Shown piece after piece: positions 60,541-64,000 of a DNA stretch of 64,000 nucleotides. The notes below the pieces were generated by a model, which was not told where the DNA came from, did no database searches, and saw nothing but the letters and a program-made list of their open reading frames with translations. Source of the stretch: Candidatus Multivorans sp. (lineage in GTDB: Bacteria > Acidobacteriota > Thermoanaerobaculia > Multivoradales > Multivoraceae). Numbering within the stretch: position 1 is the stretch's first letter; each line of letters starts with the position of its first letter. The stretch lies in the NCBI GenBank assembly GCA_965224025.1, contig OZ245033.1, positions 4,320,001 through 4,384,000 of the forward strand. Direction: 5' to 3'. A program made the position numbers and the translations under genes.

Positions 60541-62697
60541 CTACGGCAGCCGGAACACGAACAGGCCGTTTCCGCTGCTCGGATAGCGGATCTCCGGGCT
60601 GACTCTGGCCGGGACGAAGCGCGGACTGCCGCCGCCGAGCCCGGTCGACACGGCCACGTACTGGACGCCGTCGACCTCGTAGCTGATCGGGAAGCCCTGC
60701 ACCGAGGTCGGCAGGCGGGCGCCCCAGAGTTCACGGCCCGTCGCGGTGTCCCAGGCCCGGAAGCGCCGGTCGATGTCGCCGGCGAAGACGATGCCGGCGG
60801 CGGTGGTCAGCGCCGCGGTCAGGAAGGCCGGCCGTTGCTCGACGCTCCAGACCTCCTCCATCGTGTCGACGTCGTAGGCCGCCAGTTTGCCGAGACGGCC
60901 GTCCGTGCCGGGCATCTCGAACCACTTGCGGTCGGCTTGCTCGCCGCCCGACCCCTCCTCGAACCGGACCTCGCTGCCCGAGATGTCGAGGCAGCTCTGG
61001 CTCAGCGGCACCACCAGCAGCCCGTGCGCGGGGCTGTAGGAGGAGGCCTGCCAGTTGTGGCCACCGGCGGTGCTGGGGCAGACCGAGACCCATTCCCCGA
61101 TCCCGGCCGAGGCGATGTCCTCCCGGTAACGGACTTCGCCGGTTTCGCGGTCGATGTGGTCGAAGACGTTCTGGAACACCATTTCCTTGAGAGCCACGAA
61201 GGCGCCGTCCACACGGTCGAGCTTCCACAGGATCCCGTGCTTGCCGGAAGTGAGCAAGAGCCGGCGACCGCCGCGGTCGATCAGGACCTGCTCGAAGGCC
61301 TCGTCGAGGTCGAGGGCCTCGCCGGGTACGTGCTGGCGGTAGAATGCGACCTCCCCGTCGCCGGGGCGCAGCACCAAGGTCGAGTTCGTGTAAAGCACCT
61401 GGTGGTCGACGGTGAGGCCCCGGCTCGCCGGCACCCAGGGCTTGGCCTGCGCCACCGGCCAGTAGAGGAGCTCGAGCTCCGGGTCGTAGCTGCCGGGAAT
61501 CCACGAATCGCCGCCGCCCCGCAGCATGAGCGGCAGATCGCCCCAGGTGTCGCCTCCCGGCTCCCCCGGCCGGGCGATGGTGTACGTCCGCCATCGCTCC
61601 TCGCCGGTTTCCGCGTCGTGGGCCGTGATGAAGCAACTGTCCTCGAAGTAGCGGCTGCAACCGTTGATGCCGTTCACTACCAGCCCATTGACCACGATCG
61701 GTCCGCTCGTGTTCCTGTAGCCCCTCGCCGGATCGGCGATCTGCGTCTCCCAGCGCGGCCGCCCGCTCCGGGCGTCGAGCGCAAGCATCGCCGCGTCCTT
61801 GGTGGCGACGAAGATCTTGTCGCCCCAGATCGCAAGGTTGCGGAGCTGGTTGAAGCCGCGCGCCGCGTCGCCCTCCAGGGAACGCCGGTACTCCCAGATC
61901 AGTGTGCCGGTGTCGGCCTCCAGAGCCTGGATGATGTTGCGCGGGTTGGCGAGGTACATCACGCCGCGATACACCAGCGGCGTCGGCTGGTTCACGCCGT
62001 CCGCCATCGCCCAGGACCAGGCCAGCCGCAGCTCGACGACGTTGCTCGCGTCGACCCGTGCGAGCGGACTGTGGCCCTGGCCGTCGTAGGTGCGCCGGAA
62101 CATCAACCAGTCACCGGGGTCGGGGTCGAGCAGCATCTCGGCGGTGACCGGTTCGAAGTCCTCGATCTCGCGCTCGCCGGGAGGCCTCACGTACTCCTCC
62201 TCCGACGCCTCGACCGGGGCGCTGCGGTCACGGTCCGCGACGGCTGCCGAATCCGCGGCGGGGGCGGACGGCGGCTCGCCACCAAGGCCCAGGCCGGCCA
62301 GCATCGCGCTCAAGCCCGTCGCATCGGCCACCAGGGGTTCATCGCCGGCCACGGCGCCGTTCGCCCGCAGAACGAAGGCGGCGAGATCGTAGGTCTGCTG
62401 GGACGTAAGAGAGTTCCGGTTCTCCGGCGGCATCGTGACCCGGATCGTGTCCGCGAGATCAGCCACGGCGCCGGCTCGCCAGGCGTCCAGAAAGCTCGCG
62501 CCACGCAGAGGCGGCGCCTCGTTCGCGCCGGCCAGGCTCGACAGGTGGCATTCGACGCAGACCTCCTCGTAGAGCGCCCACCCGCGCTCCGCCTGCTCGG
62601 CGGTGAAGACGCGCACCGGCTCCGCCGGCTGTTGCGCACCGACCATCGCGGCGGCCGCCACGAACGCCCCAACGGCTCCGCGTACACTACGCGCCAT
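60541..62697 (-). CDS. PQQ-dependent dehydrogenase with N-terminal cytochrome c
   Basis: CVECH heme motif; [46 protein letters not shown]. Confidence 0.92.
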   Translation of the reverse strand: MARSVRGAVGAFVAAAAMVGAQQPAEPVRVFTAEQAERGWALYEEVCVECHLSSLAGANEAPPLRGASFLDAWRAGAVADLADTIRVTMPPENRNSLTSQQTYDLAAFVLRANGAVAGDEPLVADATGLSAMLAGLGLGGEPPSAPAADSAAVADRDRSAPVEASEEEYVRPPGEREIEDFEPVTAEMLLDPDPGDWLMFRRTYDGQGHSPLARVDASNVVELRLAWSWAMADGVNQPTPLVYRGVMYLANPRNIIQALEADTGTLIWEYRRSLEGDAARGFNQLRNLAIWGDKIFVATKDAAMLALDARSGRPRWETQIADPARGYRNTSGPIVVNGLVVNGINGCSRYFEDSCFITAHDAETGEERWRTYTIARPGEPGGDTWGDLPLMLRGGGDSWIPGSYDPELELLYWPVAQAKPWVPASRGLTVDHQVLYTNSTLVLRPGDGEVAFYRQHVPGEALDLDEAFEQVLIDRGGRRLLLTSGKHGILWKLDRVDGAFVALKEMVFQNVFDHIDRETGEVRYREDIASAGIGEWVSVCPSTAGGHNWQASSYSPAHGLLVVPLSQSCLDISGSEVRFEEGSGGEQADRKWFEMPGTDGRLGKLAAYDVDTMEEVWSVEQRPAFLTAALTTAAGIVFAGDIDRRFRAWDTATGRELWGARLPTSVQGFPISYEVDGVQYVAVSTGLGGGSPRFVPARVSPEIRYPSSGNGLFVFRLP

Positions 62698-62806
62698 GCC
62701 GCGCATCTTAGCGTCGCCAAATCCCTCCCAGAGTCGGCCAATCCGAGGGTATCCCGCGGCCCCATCTCCGACCTCACCACAAGTCCGCGCGCCCTAAGGT
62801 CACGAG

Positions 62807-63832
62807 GTGTCACTTCAGGCGCGCAGACTTCTGGTCGTCGGCGGCACCGGACCGACCGGTCCGCCGATCGTCAACAACTTCCTGGCCGCCGGTTTCGAGG
62901 TCTCGATCTTCCACTCCGGTCGCCACCCGGTCGACTTCGACGGTCCGGTGGAACGCATCCTCGGCAACGCCCGTGACCGTGACGACATCCGCAACGAGAT
63001 CGGCTCGCGCGAATGGGACATCGTGGTCTGCATGTACGGCCGGTTGCGCACGCTCGCCGAGGAACTCGCCGGCAGAACGACCCGCTTGGTGGGCATCACC
63101 GGCCAGCCTGTCTACAAGGGCTCGCAACCCCCCACGCCCGAGGGCCGCATTCCCCTGCCGGTGCCGGAGTTCGCGCCGCGCCAGTACGACGCGAAGAACT
63201 ACACCGGCAAGGTCGCGGCCGGCGAAGATCAGCTCTTCGAGCAGCACGGCCGCGGCGACTTCGAGGTGGTCATCCTGCGCTATCCCGGGGTCTACGGGCC
63301 GCGCACGCCGATGAACCACGAGTGGGCGGTGGTCAAGCGCATCCTCGACCGGCGGCTCTTCATGATCCTCCCCCACGACGGCGTGACCTACTTCCAGCGC
63401 GGCTACGCCCAGAACCTGGCGCGGCTCGTGTTCCTGGCCGCCACGCGGCCCGAGGCGGCGGGCCAAGCCTTCAACGCCGGCGATGAGCGGGTGATCAGTT
63501 GCCGCGCCGTGGCGGAGGTCATCGTCGACGAGCTCGACGCCGAGATGGAACTGATCGGCGTGCCGGCGCCGTTCTGCCGGGGCGTGTTTCCGCTGGCCGA
63601 GAAGTCGAACCAGATCCTGGACATGTCGAAGGCGCGCGCGCTGCTCGGCTACCGGGACGTGGTCGACCCGGAAACCGCGACCCGAGCCACCGCCCGCCAC
63701 CTCCACGACAATCCGCCGGACGAGAAGGATCTGTACGCCGCGGGCACGGGCCGCTTCGACTACGAGCGCGAGGACCGCATCGTGGAGTGCTGGCGACGGG
63801 CGCAGGCGCTCATGACGGCCGAGTGCTCCTGA
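62807..63832 (+). CDS. NAD-dependent epimerase/dehydratase family protein
   Basis: VVGGTGPTG, YTGK, LRYPGVYGP, AFNAG. Confidence 0.88.
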   Translation: MSLQARRLLVVGGTGPTGPPIVNNFLAAGFEVSIFHSGRHPVDFDGPVERILGNARDRDDIRNEIGSREWDIVVCMYGRLRTLAEELAGRTTRLVGITGQPVYKGSQPPTPEGRIPLPVPEFAPRQYDAKNYTGKVAAGEDQLFEQHGRGDFEVVILRYPGVYGPRTPMNHEWAVVKRILDRRLFMILPHDGVTYFQRGYAQNLARLVFLAATRPEAAGQAFNAGDERVISCRAVAEVIVDELDAEMELIGVPAPFCRGVFPLAEKSNQILDMSKARALLGYRDVVDPETATRATARHLHDNPPDEKDLYAAGTGRFDYEREDRIVECWRRAQALMTAECS

Positions 63833-63842
63833 CCCTCGCCGC

Positions 63843-63978
63843 GGATGCGGGCAAGATGCCCGCGTTCCCAGGAGCGAGCCGTCGGCTATTCTTCAAGGCA
63901 CGGAACGCAACCCGGGTGGCGCGTTCGCGCCACACGCGAACCAGTCCGAGCGCCCGTCATCGGGCGCACGGATGGAAC
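63843..63978. repeat. REP core followed by an inverted two-hairpin module
   Basis: GATGCGGGCAAGATGCCCGCGTTCCCAGG; AACCCGGGTGGCGCG..CGCGCCACACGCGAACCA..CGGGCGCACGGATGGAA. Confidence 0.8.
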
Positions 63979-64000
63979 ACGGAGGAAGTCATCGATGATC

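Overview
High-GC bacterial window. Gene content (DUF6152, PQQ dehydrogenases, many CarboxypepD_reg-repeat proteins) suggests an Acidobacteriota-like organism, possibly host-associated; this is inference only. An intact catabolic and housekeeping backbone comprises a double-domain CoA-transferase, esterase, two amidases, SDR, enoyl-CoA hydratase, fused indolepyruvate:ferredoxin oxidoreductase, acyl-CoA dehydrogenase, nitronate monooxygenase, RraA, PhoD, TonB receptor and cytochrome c-PQQ dehydrogenase. Two accessory loci interrupt it. (1) 5.1-26.9 kb holds a tandem array of five paralogous secreted beta-sandwich (carboxypeptidase-regulatory-like) repeat genes, all broken by frameshifts, stops or deletions. 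Three members of an unrecognised Cys-rich lipoprotein family bracket the array. It also contains an IS1634-family element, a YLDP-peptide plus NoeA-like kinase/methyltransferase pair, and an orphan AbrB antitoxin with a VapC stub. (2) 34.4-42.5 kb holds two further repeat genes, one with an in-frame REP-like insertion and one frameshifted by a 10-bp tandem duplication. They lie downstream of a broken lipoprotein gene fused by deletion to a truncated PQQ dehydrogenase. Modular REP/BIME-like palindromes, leaderless-type promoters, a GmrSD remnant and an unannotated 39-aa membrane peptide are also present. No rRNA, tRNA or CRISPR array was seen. All family assignments come from motif recognition, not database searches.
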